A stretch of 64,000 nt of DNA from Raja brachyura. Taxonomy: Eukaryota. Below, piece after piece: positions 38,001-47,470 of the stretch. The notes beneath the pieces are model-generated. The model saw nothing but the letters and a program-made list of their open reading frames with translations, was not told where the DNA came from and searched no databases. Positions within the stretch are counted from its first letter, which is position 1; each line of letters begins with the position of its first letter. A program made the translations under genes and the position numbers. The stretch lies in NCBI GenBank assembly GCA_963514005.1, contig OY740792.1, forward strand, positions 42,718,001 to 42,782,000, given 5' to 3'.

Positions 38001-40585
38001 ATTTGGAATGTTCAAAATTCTGAAAGATTTTGATAGGGAAAGAGGAAAATCCCTCTTCAAAACAAAAGTATTGTTATCAAAAACAAATAGATTTAAAAAA
38101 CAATCAACCTGGGAAAAAACTATAGAGGACTTGGGTAAAACATTCAGTGTACACAGCACTGAAAGGATCATGGTTGCCAAGTGACATTCTCTTGTCATGG
38201 AGTTAAAAGACATCTCGACAGGTACACGGAAAGGCAAGGTTTAGAGGCATACGTGCAAGCACGGGCAGGTGGGACAAATAAAAGTGGGGCATCTTTCAAT
38301 CATTATCATCTGATTCAATTAGAGGAGTATATCACTCCCACCACTTCTGTTATAGTGAACATTAATCCCAACACATGTGCCATAGTGTATAACATTACTT
38401 CCATCATGTATGTGTTATAGTGCACATCACTTGTGTGTTACAGTGTGCAACATTTCTCCAATCACTTGTGTGCATTACTCCCACCAGTTGTGTGTTATAG
38501 TGAACAACACTCCCTCCCGCGAGTGAGCTATAGGGCACATTGCTCCCACTACTTGTGTGCTTTAGGGCACTACATTATTCCCATCATGGGCATGCGGTGC
38601 TGGCTCGAAGGGCCGAATGGCCTACTCCTGCACCTATTGTCTATCATGTGTGTGCCAGAGTGGACATTACTCCCACTACTTGTGTGCTGCAGTGGGCAAC
38701 ATTATTCCCATCACTTGTGTGTTAAAGTGCGCATTTCTCCCATTGGGCACATTACCTCCATCACATGTGTGCTATAGTGCCCAACATCACCCCCCATCTA
38801 AAGTAAAAATGATTCCATATTTACAGTATACCTCCATGTTTTAATGTGGCCATTAGTATGATCCTAACAGTTCTATTGGGGCAGCTAAACACAACTTCAG
38901 AAAACAGATCCCATCTGATTAAATGGTGATGTTTCATTAAAATAATCTCATTCATGCATGTTTTACTTAAAATACATGAGATAGATTATGGTCAGTGTAA
39001 CATTTGCTTTAGGTTGCACACACACACAAATCCCAGTTCTTGTACACATGTGAATCTATTGCTAATTCAGGTAGCTTTAGCACATCATGGCATGAGTACT
39101 TAAACTTTAGACTTTCAATTTTAGAGATAGAGCATGTAAACAGGCCCTACGGCCCACTGGGTCCGCACCAACCAATGATCACCCCGTACACTAGCACTAT
39201 CCTACATACTAGGGACAACTTACAATTTAACCAAAGCCAATTAACTTACAAACCTGTATGTCTTTTGGGAGGAAAGGTGGGAAGAAACCGGAGCATCCGG
39301 AGAAAAGTCATGCGGCCACAGGGAGAATGTACAAACTCCATACAGACAGGATTGAACCCAGGTCTCTGGCACTGTAAGGCAGCAATTAGGCCACTGTGCC
39401 ACACAATGATCAACCTTTCCCAAAGATTTTTTGCCCATTATCAGATACGGTTTCTTTACCTTAGCACCTGTGGTAGCCACACAGAGGTCAGCCTCACAGC
39501 AATCGAGAGTCTGTGTGTGCTTTCCCATTTAGAATGTGAAATCAGACCTCAGTATAATATAGAGACAAGGAACCACAGACGCTGGTTTACAAAAAAAGAC
39601 ACAAAGTACTGGAGTAAATCAGTGGGTCAGGCAGAATCCCGAAGAATATACACAGGTAACATTTCAGGTCGGAATCCTTCTTCAGACTCAAACTCAGATT
39701 CAGTCCAAAAAATGGTTTGAACCCAAAATGTCACCTATTCTTGTTCTCCAAGGATGTTGCCTGACCCGCTGAGTTACTCCAGCACTTTGTGTTTTTCTTT
39801 CACACCATAATATGATTGTTATTAAACATATTATTAGCTAAATCTGTCTAATTGCCAAACATAATATGGGCTCTCTGCTTGTTTCAAGGATCTGTTCAGC
39901 ACTTCAAACCTTATCAGTTTTACATTTGTGTTTTTGTTATAAATATGCTGAAAAACCAATGTAGTAGCTCTCTAATTTAAAGATGATCTCAGGCCTCCTT
40001 TCAGTATTGCATGACTAAGTTTGACATCATCCTGGACATTAATACACTTGTTATTGAATTATGCTACTCATGCATATGACATTTAGTCCTGTCTGTGAAA
40101 AGAGAAAGGACAAATAGACTGAAATTACATCATAGGATATTAGTAGAAGAATTCTTAATGAAGGTCTCAAACATATCTTCCTGCTATTTTAACAGGGATA
40201 TTAAACTATTTATCTCATTGCATAAATTAGCGCCATTGATTTCTCATAATCTTTGCCATATCTAAAAGTAATGACGCTTAAAAATAACTTAAAATGGCAA
40301 ATTTAGATGAGTTCTTATGCTTGCAGCTCTAAGAAAACTGTTGTCAGTGCAGAACATGATATTTGGTACTTGAATTAATAGCTGACACAGGTCACCTTGC
40401 CAGCTAGTTATGTGGCACAACCAAATGGAGGAGAGTTAAAGGTGTCTGTACAGTTACAGCATATTCTGCTGTGTTCCTCTCTGATGCTGTAGCAAATTTA
40501 CAATTAAGAACGATGAAGAATTTTGGTAAGCTGTTGTCACATTTTCATACGAGATGATGCCAAAAATGTTATTCTTCACTTTAAT

Positions 40586-40627
<42 letters not shown>

Positions 40628-43600
40628 GTCACGTGTACCGAGGTACAGTGAAACGCTCTTGGTGCGTGTTAACCAGTCAGCGGAAAGACAATACGTGATT
40701 ACAATTGAGTCATCCACAGTGTACAGATACATGATAAAGGGTATAACGGGAAAGGGGAATGATAAAAGGTGGTGAATCTGTGGAATTCATGGACACAGAC
40801 GGCTGTGGGGGTCAAGTCATTGGGTCTTTTTAAAGCGGAGATTGATAGGTTCTTGATTAGGAACGGCATCAATGGTTCCGGTGAGAAGGCAGGAAAGTGG
40901 CATTGAGAGGGAAAAATAGATCAGTCATGATCGAATGGCGGAGCAGACTCGATGGCCCTAATGACCTAATTCTGCTTATGGAAATAATTAGGATTTTTTT
41001 GTTGAAGGTTTGCAATCCATGCAGGATGTTTCTGCAGTGGGCTCCATAACAGCCTTGATTTTGTATGTGATCCAACAGCCTTTGTCATTGGCAAAGTGCA
41101 TAATTGGTAAGAGATTTTTGGGGTTTATCAGCAGAGATTCATATAGATCAGGCTTCTGATCCCATGTTTAACTCCTGAAGGTATATCTGTGATAGGCACA
41201 AAATGCTGGGGCAACTCAATGGATCAAGCAGCATCCCCAGATAAAATAATTGGTGATGTTTGTGGTTGGAACCCCTCTGCAGACTTCTTTGGTCTGAAGA
41301 AGGGTTCAACCTGAAACATTACCTTTACTTTTTCTCCGGAGATATTGTCTGATCCGCTGAGTTACTCCAGCGTTTTGTGTCTATCTTCGCTACAAACCAG
41401 CATCTGCAGTTCCTTCCAACACAGTAAATCTGTGAGCTGGTGAAACCAAAGATTGCTCTTCAGACCAAGTGAAGACTGCTAAATGATATACACAGACAAC
41501 AAATCAGGACTTTAAACAAAGGGATATAATTCAATTTTATATTACTGCACAGGGGGAGGTTGAGGTCACGCTCTGGCGAGGAGAAAAAATCATTTTTTTT
41601 TAATGCAACTTAATTTTCTTCTGATCAATACTGGATTGATTATAAAAATGATAAGGGGGTGCATATAGTCATTTGAGGGTTGATGAGAGCAATGTGGGGT
41701 ATAAGGATTTCCAGAGAATTTTATAAATTAGCACATAATTGAATTTATACCAGAATTCAAGTCCATAGAATGAAAGGGGTGCGATAAAAATGGACATCAA
41801 TTATACCATCCTTTTATGTGCCATTTATTACTAATTTAGATGGGCAGGGACATTCTAAAAGATGCAGATTCCGTAAAGCTGGAAGATGTAGTATATATAT
41901 TCACATTCATTAGGAATGGTAAAGCGACCATGGTTCAATATCAGGTTTAGCATCAATTCATTGGGGCGGCACAGTGGTGCAGCAGTAGAGTTGCTACTTC
42001 GCAGCACCAGAGACCCCAATTCGATCCTCACTGTGCTTGCTGTCTGTACGGATTAGTACATTCTCCCTGTGATCACATGGGTTTTCACCTGGTGCTCTGG
42101 TTATCCTCCCACATTCAAAAGATGTGCAGATTTGTAGGCTAATTGGCTTCTGTAAATTGCCCTTATTACGTCACATGGATAGCCTGGAGAAACTATGATT
42201 GATGACAGGCCAGCACGGTGGCACAGCGGTAGAATTGCTGCCTTACAGCGACAGAGACCCGGGTTCGACAATGGGTGACGTCTGTACGGCGTTTGTATGT
42301 TCTCCCTGTGTCCACATGGGTTTCCCCCAGGTGCTCCGGTTTCCTCACACATTCTAAAGAACTATATGTTTGTAAATTAATTGGGTTGGTAAAATTGCAA
42401 ATTGTTGTAGGACAGCACTATTGTAAGGGTGATTGCTGGTCGGCATGGACTCGGCAGGCCCGCAGTGTTTCTGCGCTGTATCTCTAAAGTCTAAAGTTGT
42501 TCTTGGGCCGACTAAGCTAAGAGGAAAGGGGGATGTAATAGAAGTGTTCAATATCATGAGGAGCCCAGTAAGAAACGTAGGAGTGAAATATTTTTTATTG
42601 GTAGTACCATAAGATCCAGGTCTAAATGATTGACAACGGAATGAGAACTCTCAGGAGGAAGAAGATATTGTTACACAGCGGATGGTTAGCATCTGGAACT
42701 TATCGCCTAACAGGCTGCTGGAGGAAGCACGAAATGTGATTTGCAAATGGGAAGTGGACCAGTTCTTGATGAATAGTCATTGTAATGCTACTAGGAAAGT
42801 GTGGGGTGGAATAGATAGATAGATAGACTGATAGATTGAATGAGTGATATTTTTGTCACGTGTACTGGTACAGTGAAATTACTTGCTTTGCATACAGTAG
42901 ACAAGAATGCAAAGAGACCCACGTGAAGGGCACTGACAAAGTATTCAATATAGTCCCCCTTCCTTCCCCCACCCCCCCCCCCCCCCCTCCCCCAGTCCCT
43001 CTTTGTTCTCGGTGCCCCCACCCCTCTCCCACACTGAGTTGCTGAGTTCCTCCTTGTTCAGTGGCACCTCCTCGGCCGACTGTCAGGACTCACGTGGACA
43101 ACGGCGCTCCGACATCCCTCCCCTCGTCAACCTCCCTCTCCCCACTCCAATGTCCCTCTCTCTCTCTGACATCCCTTTCCTCACTCCAACATCCTATCAC
43201 CAACCTCCCTTGCTCTCCGACATCCCTCTCCTCTCGCCAACGTCCCTCTCTCTCGCTGACGGCCCTCTTCCACGGACACCATCTAGGCCGAGTCCGGGTT
43301 GGCTCTGCGCCGGCGACCGAGCCAGGTCCTGGTTGGATCCACGGCAGAGGCCGGGTCACTCCAGCACAGCTGCGCAGCGCTCGTCAGGAAACTGGGATGC
43401 TTTTGTAGATAGGCGGCACAGATTTGGGGTAATTAATCTCCTAATACAGTGTACCATTTGCCTTGACTCTAAAACCCTACTCTTGTGATATTAATTTTTC
43501 TGTATTTTGCATTATCTACACTGTTAAGTTAATTCTCTAGACTTTGGACTTTAGAGATACAGCATGGAAACAGGCCCCTCGGCCCACCGATCACCCCATA

Positions 43601-45125
43601 CACCAGCACTATTACACACACTGGGAACAAATTACACTTTACAGAAGCCAATAAACCTACCATCCTGTACGTCTGTGGGAGGAAACCAGAGCACCTGGAG
43701 AATGCATGTGGTCACAGGGAGAATGTACAAATTCCAAACCCACAGCACCCGGAGCCAAGATCAAACCCATGTCTCTGGTGCTGAGGCAGCACCTCTACCG
43801 CTGCACCACTGTGCCACCCAAACTGTTAAAATATCCTTTTCTCCTGATTGCACTGATCCCAACTCTTCCCATTTAATAGTATTTTCACTCCAAGAACAAT
43901 CTCCCAAATTCATGCCAAACCAGTGAACTTTGTGCATCTCCCTTCAATGAAGACCAGAAGCTTGTGCCCTGAAGACCAACACTGGCAGAAAATACTGTAT
44001 CTGCAATTAATTGCAGTGTTTGTTGCCAGATCGCACTGGCAGTTTTAACTGAGAGAATTGACAGATATTCTGTTATCTGTGCAACAGAATTCAGACGGTT
44101 TCATGCAACATAATTGTTAAAAAATAAAATAATGAAACATACATTAGATGAACATTTCCAATTGTATATAATTAATATTTATCCTTGCTTCCAGAGGATG
44201 GCAAAATAGACATGCATTTCAAGGAGTAGATGTGAGATATCAGAAAAAAACATAAAGTTATGTAAGAAAATGAATTTACTATAATAGTGTCAGCATGTTC
44301 TATTTCTGACACTACTGTAAAGATTTGAAGACACAAAATGCTGGTGTAACTCAGAGGGACAGGCAACATCTCTGGAGAAATGGAATAGGTGATGTTTCTG
44401 GTCAAGACCTTTCTTCAGGCTGAGAGTCAGGGAAGAGGGATACTAGAGGTGTGAAAATGCTGGCACCGATGACTTAAGGAAGGTTGAGTCCATTATGGTC
44501 CATTGTTGGTGGTAGAAGAGGTGACAATGAAGGGATAAAAATCAGTGAAACCAGCAGGATGATTGGGGTGGGAGAGGGGTAGAGAGAGAGGGAATGCAAG
44601 GGCTATTTGAATTTAGAGATATCAATAGACGTACCGCTGGGTTGTAAGCTGCCCAAGCGAAATCTCTTTTTTGCTTCTTTCCTAAGTATTTACACTTTAA
44701 AGTATGTACTTTATTTTCACCTTCAGGCTTTTGGGTCTTGTGAATTTCCAGTCATACCAGTGTGTCTTGGATCCTGCCAGCCCTACTAACATTCTCTTTC
44801 TGTTTATTTCTCTTTTATTTGCTTCTCCTTCACTAATCTTTCCCAACTGTGCTGAATTTTCTTTACGGTTGCGTTTCCATGGACACCGGCTGTTCTAATT
44901 AACCCAGTGTAACCTCTGAGGCTTTATGTGCAGACATACATAATGCATCGCAGTGGACAATTCAAACAACAGCCACGATCGCCACATCGACCCATGTCCT
45001 TAAACAACCCCAAAACAAAAGCACTTTCCAAAGTAAAATCTACATAACAACCAAGAGACAGAAGAACATTTCTTTCCTCTAGCTCAGAGATTCTGAGCTA
45101 CACGTCACTGCTGTACCACCAGTAA
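16991..45125 (+). CDS. Multi-exon TIGIT-like (nectin/PVR-receptor family) single-IgV type I membrane immunoreceptor, ~211-222 aa
   Basis: Manually spliced GT-AG phase-1 exons give MFWLTLMKIMKASAIYIMYLP|GIQTKELERSEYVTAVKGSSAALHCAY...VEWEK...DNGGYTCIFHTFPDGKIEGKVYLDVN|GYDITTKHHLKRMILIYLA|VSIGVIAIIVAALIIWKLKRKSS|(DGSGSVRH)|DHGQNASKKPPIYENVDN|...ILSYTSLLYHQ*. Architecture is leader, V domain, stalk, TM, basic stop-transfer, YxN motif, ITIM. Orthology is not established and the 3' exons are less certain. Confidence 0.75.
17130..17335. mobile_element. Penelope-derived palindromic element
   Basis: Inverted arms around ccttcttcagatctgaa; ends ccagcatctgcagtt. Confidence 0.65.
17721..18752. mobile_element. 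Non-autonomous hAT-like DNA transposon with 7-bp TSD
   Basis: Termini tagcaatgttacaaaa / ttttgtaacataccta; ATAATAC duplicated at 17714-17720 and 18753-18759; related copy at 57863-58306. Confidence 0.85.
18850..19100 (+). mobile_element. HE1-like SINE (internally deleted)
   Basis: cggcacagtggcgcagcagtagag head, core and tail. Confidence 0.8.
19102..19506. mobile_element. PIF/Harbinger-like MITE with internal tandem repeats
   Basis: Long TIRs tgcccctgtcccacttaggaaacctgaac...; TAA TSD at 19099-19101 and 19507-19509; internal cctcctggaacctccgggaacc repeats. Confidence 0.85.
19618..19800 (-). mobile_element. CR1 LINE 3' tail (reverse)
   Basis: (catagaaa)n followed by attaggtgcaggagtaggccattcggcc; same as 24737-24920. 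Confidence 0.85.
20445..21380 (+). mobile_element. CR1 3' end with nested reverse SINE (~20697-21220) and MITE (20783-~21003)
   Basis: RGDLIETY..RTRGH; SINE tail tagactttagac; MITE left TIR tgcccctgtcccacttag after TAA, right TIR truncated. Confidence 0.8.
22118..22290. mobile_element. Penelope-derived palindromic element
   Basis: Near-perfect ~65-bp inverted arms (22151-22215 / 22225-22288). Confidence 0.7.
23305..24122 (+). mobile_element. GC-rich non-autonomous retroelement with Rex/L2-type tail
   Basis: Ends tcactgtacctt..tgcacgtgataataaa followed by (gaactt)n; shares ttcca(t/c)cacagtgagga and overall layout with 56320-56900. Confidence 0.5.
24737..26348 (-). mobile_element. CR1/HER1 LINE RT + 3' end
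   Basis: Track ORFs 25013..25780 (GAPQGSVLGPQLFTIYINDL, KFADDTKL) and 26055..26369 (NYRPVSLTSVVG); (tttctatg)-type tail. Confidence 0.95.
26350..26789. mobile_element. Truncated PIF/Harbinger-like MITE
   Basis: Right TIR gtgggacaggccca followed by TTA; internal segment 26350-26440 is the reverse complement of 59880-59946. Confidence 0.65.
27375..27640 (+). mobile_element. HE1-like SINE just upstream of the IgV exon acceptor
   Basis: gtggtgcagcagtagag A-box, ggttcaatcc B-box, core and tail. Confidence 0.85.
27692..28021 (+). CDS. IgV-domain exon of TIGIT-like receptor
   Basis: Acceptor tttttctttattcccccag, donor G|gtaatg, 330 nt, phase 1-1. Contains B-strand Cys (LHCAY), Trp 14 residues later (VEWEK), DxGxYxC (DNGGYTC), the T(F/Y)P motif (HTFPDG) and N-glycosylation sequons NRT and NAT. 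Overlaps track ORF 27736..28053. Confidence 0.95.
28858..28914 (+). CDS. Stalk / N-terminal part of TM exon
   Basis: Acceptor ttttttgttattaacag, donor CAG|gtgaga, 57 nt, phase 1-1; open frame GYDITTKHHLKRMILIYLA. Confidence 0.7.
29472..29540 (+). CDS. Transmembrane exon
   Basis: Acceptor cttcttattatttcaacag, donor CAG|gtgagt, 69 nt, phase 1-1; VSIGVIAIIVAALIIW followed by KLKRK stop-transfer. Confidence 0.85.
30110..31070 (-). mobile_element. CR1 LINE 3' portion nested in an older + strand CR1 (~29960-30100 and ~31075-31570)
   Basis: Track ORFs 30630..31067 (YINDL..KYADDTK) and 30177..30563; flanks encode the continuation GKLLEKILRDRI / SKSTGDSKI. Confidence 0.9.
31432..31457. repeat. (GT)n microsatellite
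   Basis: Direct inspection. Confidence 0.9.
32445..32680 (+). mobile_element. HE1-like SINE
   Basis: A/B-box head and core. Confidence 0.8.
33125..33420 (-). mobile_element. HE1-like SINE (reverse)
   Basis: (tttag)n tail followed by reverse-complement core and head. Confidence 0.8.
34210..34233 (+). CDS. Candidate 24-nt cytoplasmic micro-exon
   Basis: Long T tract + aaaaccag acceptor, ATG|gtaatg donor, phase 1-1, DGSGSVRH. Confidence 0.45.
34830..35318 (+). mobile_element. Rex1/Babar-like LINE 3' fragment
   Basis: KLQRIV..LPSI..IIKD..HPSNSLF..SGKR..TSRFRDSFF..IRQLN; tail aataaac(taac)n. Confidence 0.8.
36140..36450 (+). mobile_element. HE1-like SINE
   Basis: Head with gggttcggtcc B-box, core and tail. 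Confidence 0.85.
37321..37374 (+). CDS. Cytoplasmic exon with ITT-like IYENV motif
   Basis: Acceptor tatctctcaacag, donor ACA|gtaagt, 54 nt, phase 1-1, DHGQNASKKPPIYENVDN. Read-through gives SKFNKYQ* with stop at 37395-37397. Confidence 0.8.
38310..38790 (+). repeat. Degenerate ~31-32 bp minisatellite
   Basis: Recurring unit close to cacattactcccaccacttgtgtgttatagtg; interrupted by a ~55-bp CR1 tail piece at ~38585-38643. Confidence 0.75.
39105..39405 (-). mobile_element. HE1-like SINE (reverse)
   Basis: Reverse complement of SINE consensus. Confidence 0.8.
40493..40525 (+). CDS. Candidate 33-nt cytoplasmic exon
   Basis: Acceptor gttcctctctgatgctgtag, donor TTG|gtaagc, phase 1-1, TNLQLRTMKNF. 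Confidence 0.35.
40586..40626. repeat. (TTAG)n microsatellite at a reverse Rex-like tail
   Basis: Direct inspection. Confidence 0.9.
41965..42495 (+). mobile_element. Two tandem HE1-like SINEs
   Basis: Heads at ~41965 and ~42212. Confidence 0.8.
43540..43820 (-). mobile_element. HE1-like SINE (reverse)
   Basis: Reverse complement of SINE consensus. Confidence 0.75.
44328..44663 (-). mobile_element. Penelope-like element 3' end (GIY-YIG C-terminus + pseudo-LTR)
   Basis: Minus-strand FRLGSLQPSG, then pseudo-LTR with ctgaagaaagg..gaaac. Confidence 0.75.
45088..45125 (+). CDS. Candidate terminal exon with ITIM LSYTSL
   Basis: Pyrimidine tract atttctttcctctagctcag; phase-1 entry gives (K/E)ILSYTSLLYHQ*. 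LSYTSL fits the ITIM consensus and resembles human TIGIT LSYRSL. Requires use of the distal CAG rather than the TAG 5 nt upstream. Confidence 0.5.
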
Positions 45126-46647
45126 AAACACGCAAACTTGAGGAATTAATCCGGGTTTGTTTAGGAAAATATATTTGCCCATATATTGATTTCCTTCCTT
45201 CTCCATGTGCATCACAGTGATCAAAGGCCACATTTGCAGGCACACTTACAGTGAGGTTAACGATGCTTGCTATGATTAATTTTTAATTGATAACAGAAAA
45301 CTCTGGCTTCGAGCAGGTGCACAATTAAATACCAATATCCAAATGTTTCCGTCTCTTTTGTGCTACCCCTGGGTTGGGTTAGCTTCACAAAAAATGACAT
45401 TCTGCCATCTCTCTACCTATTGAACCATATACAATGTTATAAAATTAATGTTTAGTTTAGAGATACAATGTGCAAACAGCCTCATCGGCCCACCGAGTCC
45501 ATGCCGACCATCCATCACCTGTTCACAATAGTTCCATGTTATCCCATTTTCCCATCCACTCCCTACACACTAGGGGCAATTTATAGAAGGCCAAATAACC
45601 TACAAACCCAAGCATTTGGGATGTGGGAGGAAACCAGAGCAACAGATATGAACTGGAACAATTAAATGTTTACTTGCTGCAGCTTCAAGGGCATATTAGG
45701 CACAACAACAAAAATAAGTATGCAGTAAATTATCAGTTATTGGGAGAAGACACATTGTACATGGACAAATCAAAGCTCACAATATGGTTGTCGTTAGGGT
45801 TTTTTAATGGGGTTCAAGAATCTAACAGATATTGGGGAGAACTTGTTCTTGAAACAGAAGTAATGATTCTCAGGCACATGCACTGACTTCCAACAGTAGC
45901 AGTACCCACTGTGTGTGTGTCTTGGGTGATATTAGCTGCCTTGTGATAGACGCAGCATGGAAACAGGCCCTTCAGCCCAACGAGATCAGCGATCACAACG
46001 TACACTAACACTTTCCTACACACTAGGGACAATTTACAATTTACAGAAGCCAATTGACCTACAAACCTGTGTAGGAGAGAACTGCAGATGCTGGTTTAAA
46101 TCAAAGGTAGACACAAAATGCTGGAGTAACTCAGCCGGACAGGCAGTATCTCTGGAGAGAAGGAATGGGTGACGTTTCGGGTCAAGACATACAAACCTGT
46201 ATTTTTGGAATGTGGGAAGAAACCAGAGGACCCAGAGAAAATGCACGCATCTCTGAACATGCCTGAGTTATTCCAGCACTTTGCATTGTTTTTGTAAACC
46301 TGCATTTGCAGCTCCTTGTGTCTCAATCAACATAACATACTTTTGGCTTAGTAACTATTGATAACAGTTAAGGGCAAAGTGAAGCATATATAAAATAATT
46401 AATGCAACAGGATAGACGAAATGGAGCATGCAAGCTTCAAAAATAGTGTCAAAGAAGACTTTCTAACTTGCTAGGCTTAGTTAACCAGAGAGTGTGCACA
46501 ACAATAAGGAAATGGATTTCAACCTGCTGGTTTGACATTTTCATGCAGGTCATGGGAAAGCAATAAAGAAAAGTAGAAGCAAAAGAGGAGATTGTGCTTT
46601 CTGCAGTATCATATTCTCCCATCCACTCTCAAAGCACTTGCATCACA

Positions 46648-46952
46648 GCACAGTGGTGCAGCGGTGGAGTTGCTGCCTTACAGCGCCAGAGAACCGGGTT
46701 CGATCCTGACTAAGGGTGTTGTCTATATGAAGTTTGTACGTTCTAACTGTGACTTCGTGGGTTTTCTCTGGGTGTTCTGGTTTCCTCCCGCACTCCAAAG
46801 ACGGTACAGGTTTGTAGGTCAATTGGCTTTGGTAAAAAAAAAGGAAATTGTCCCTAGTGTGCAGGATAGTGATAGTGAACGGGGTGTTCGCTGGTCAGCA
46901 TGGACACGGTGGGCAGAAGGCCAATTTACGTGCTGCATCTCTGAAGTCTAAA
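46648..46952 (+). mobile_element. HE1-like SINE, near full length
   Basis: A-box gtggtgcagcgg, B-box ggttcgatcc, core and tail. Confidence 0.85.
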
Positions 46953-47094
46953 GGTCATGCTGAATGCATACAACTCTCACTGGGGAACTCAGTACACAGT
47001 TCATTTGATATGTTCTCAATGTATTTCCCCAGTAATTGGGTATTGGAAGAAGAATGTCCACTAACTCATTCAATACACAGAGCAACTAGAACAT

Positions 47095-47470
47095 CTAGGG
47101 TACACAAAAGGCTGGAGAAACTCAGTGGGTGCAGCAGCATCTAAGGAGCAAAGGAGATAGGCGATGTTTCAGGTCGAGACCCTTCTTCAGTCCTCTCTAA
47201 CTAGAATATCTAGATGTTTAAGAAGGAACTGCAGATGCTGGAAAAGCGAAGGTAGACAATAATGCTGGAGAAACTCAGCGGGGGATGCAGCATCTATGGA
47301 GTGAAGGAAATAGGCAACGTTTCGGGTGGAAACCTTTCTTCAGACGTCTGAAGAAAGGTTTTGACCCGAAATGTTGCCTATTTCCTTCGCTCATGGAGCG
47401 AAGGAAATAGGCAACATTTGCTCAGAAACTCAGATGCTGCCTCACCTGAGTTTCTCCAGCATTTTTGTCT
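47095..47470. mobile_element. Penelope-derived pseudo-LTR cluster with palindrome centred on cagacgtctg (47341-47350)
   Basis: Inverted arms ~47300-47345 / 47346-47391, each with a ctgaaga..gaaa core. Confidence 0.7.

Noticed and set aside
39040-39720. 226-aa ORF
   Set aside because: Chance read-through of an antisense HE1 SINE and a Penelope palindrome; no domain.
43003-43488. 161-aa Pro/Ser/Leu-rich ORF
   Set aside because: Low-complexity CT-rich repeats explain the open frame; no splice or domain support.
44934-45082. Alternative phase-1 terminal exon (DIHNASQW...KNISFL*)
   Set aside because: Open for 49 codons but the acceptor is weak and there is no signalling motif; not preferred, though it cannot be excluded without RNA data.
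46648-46710. tRNA-like sequences with A/B boxes
   Set aside because: These are SINE heads continuing into the HE1 core, not tRNA genes.
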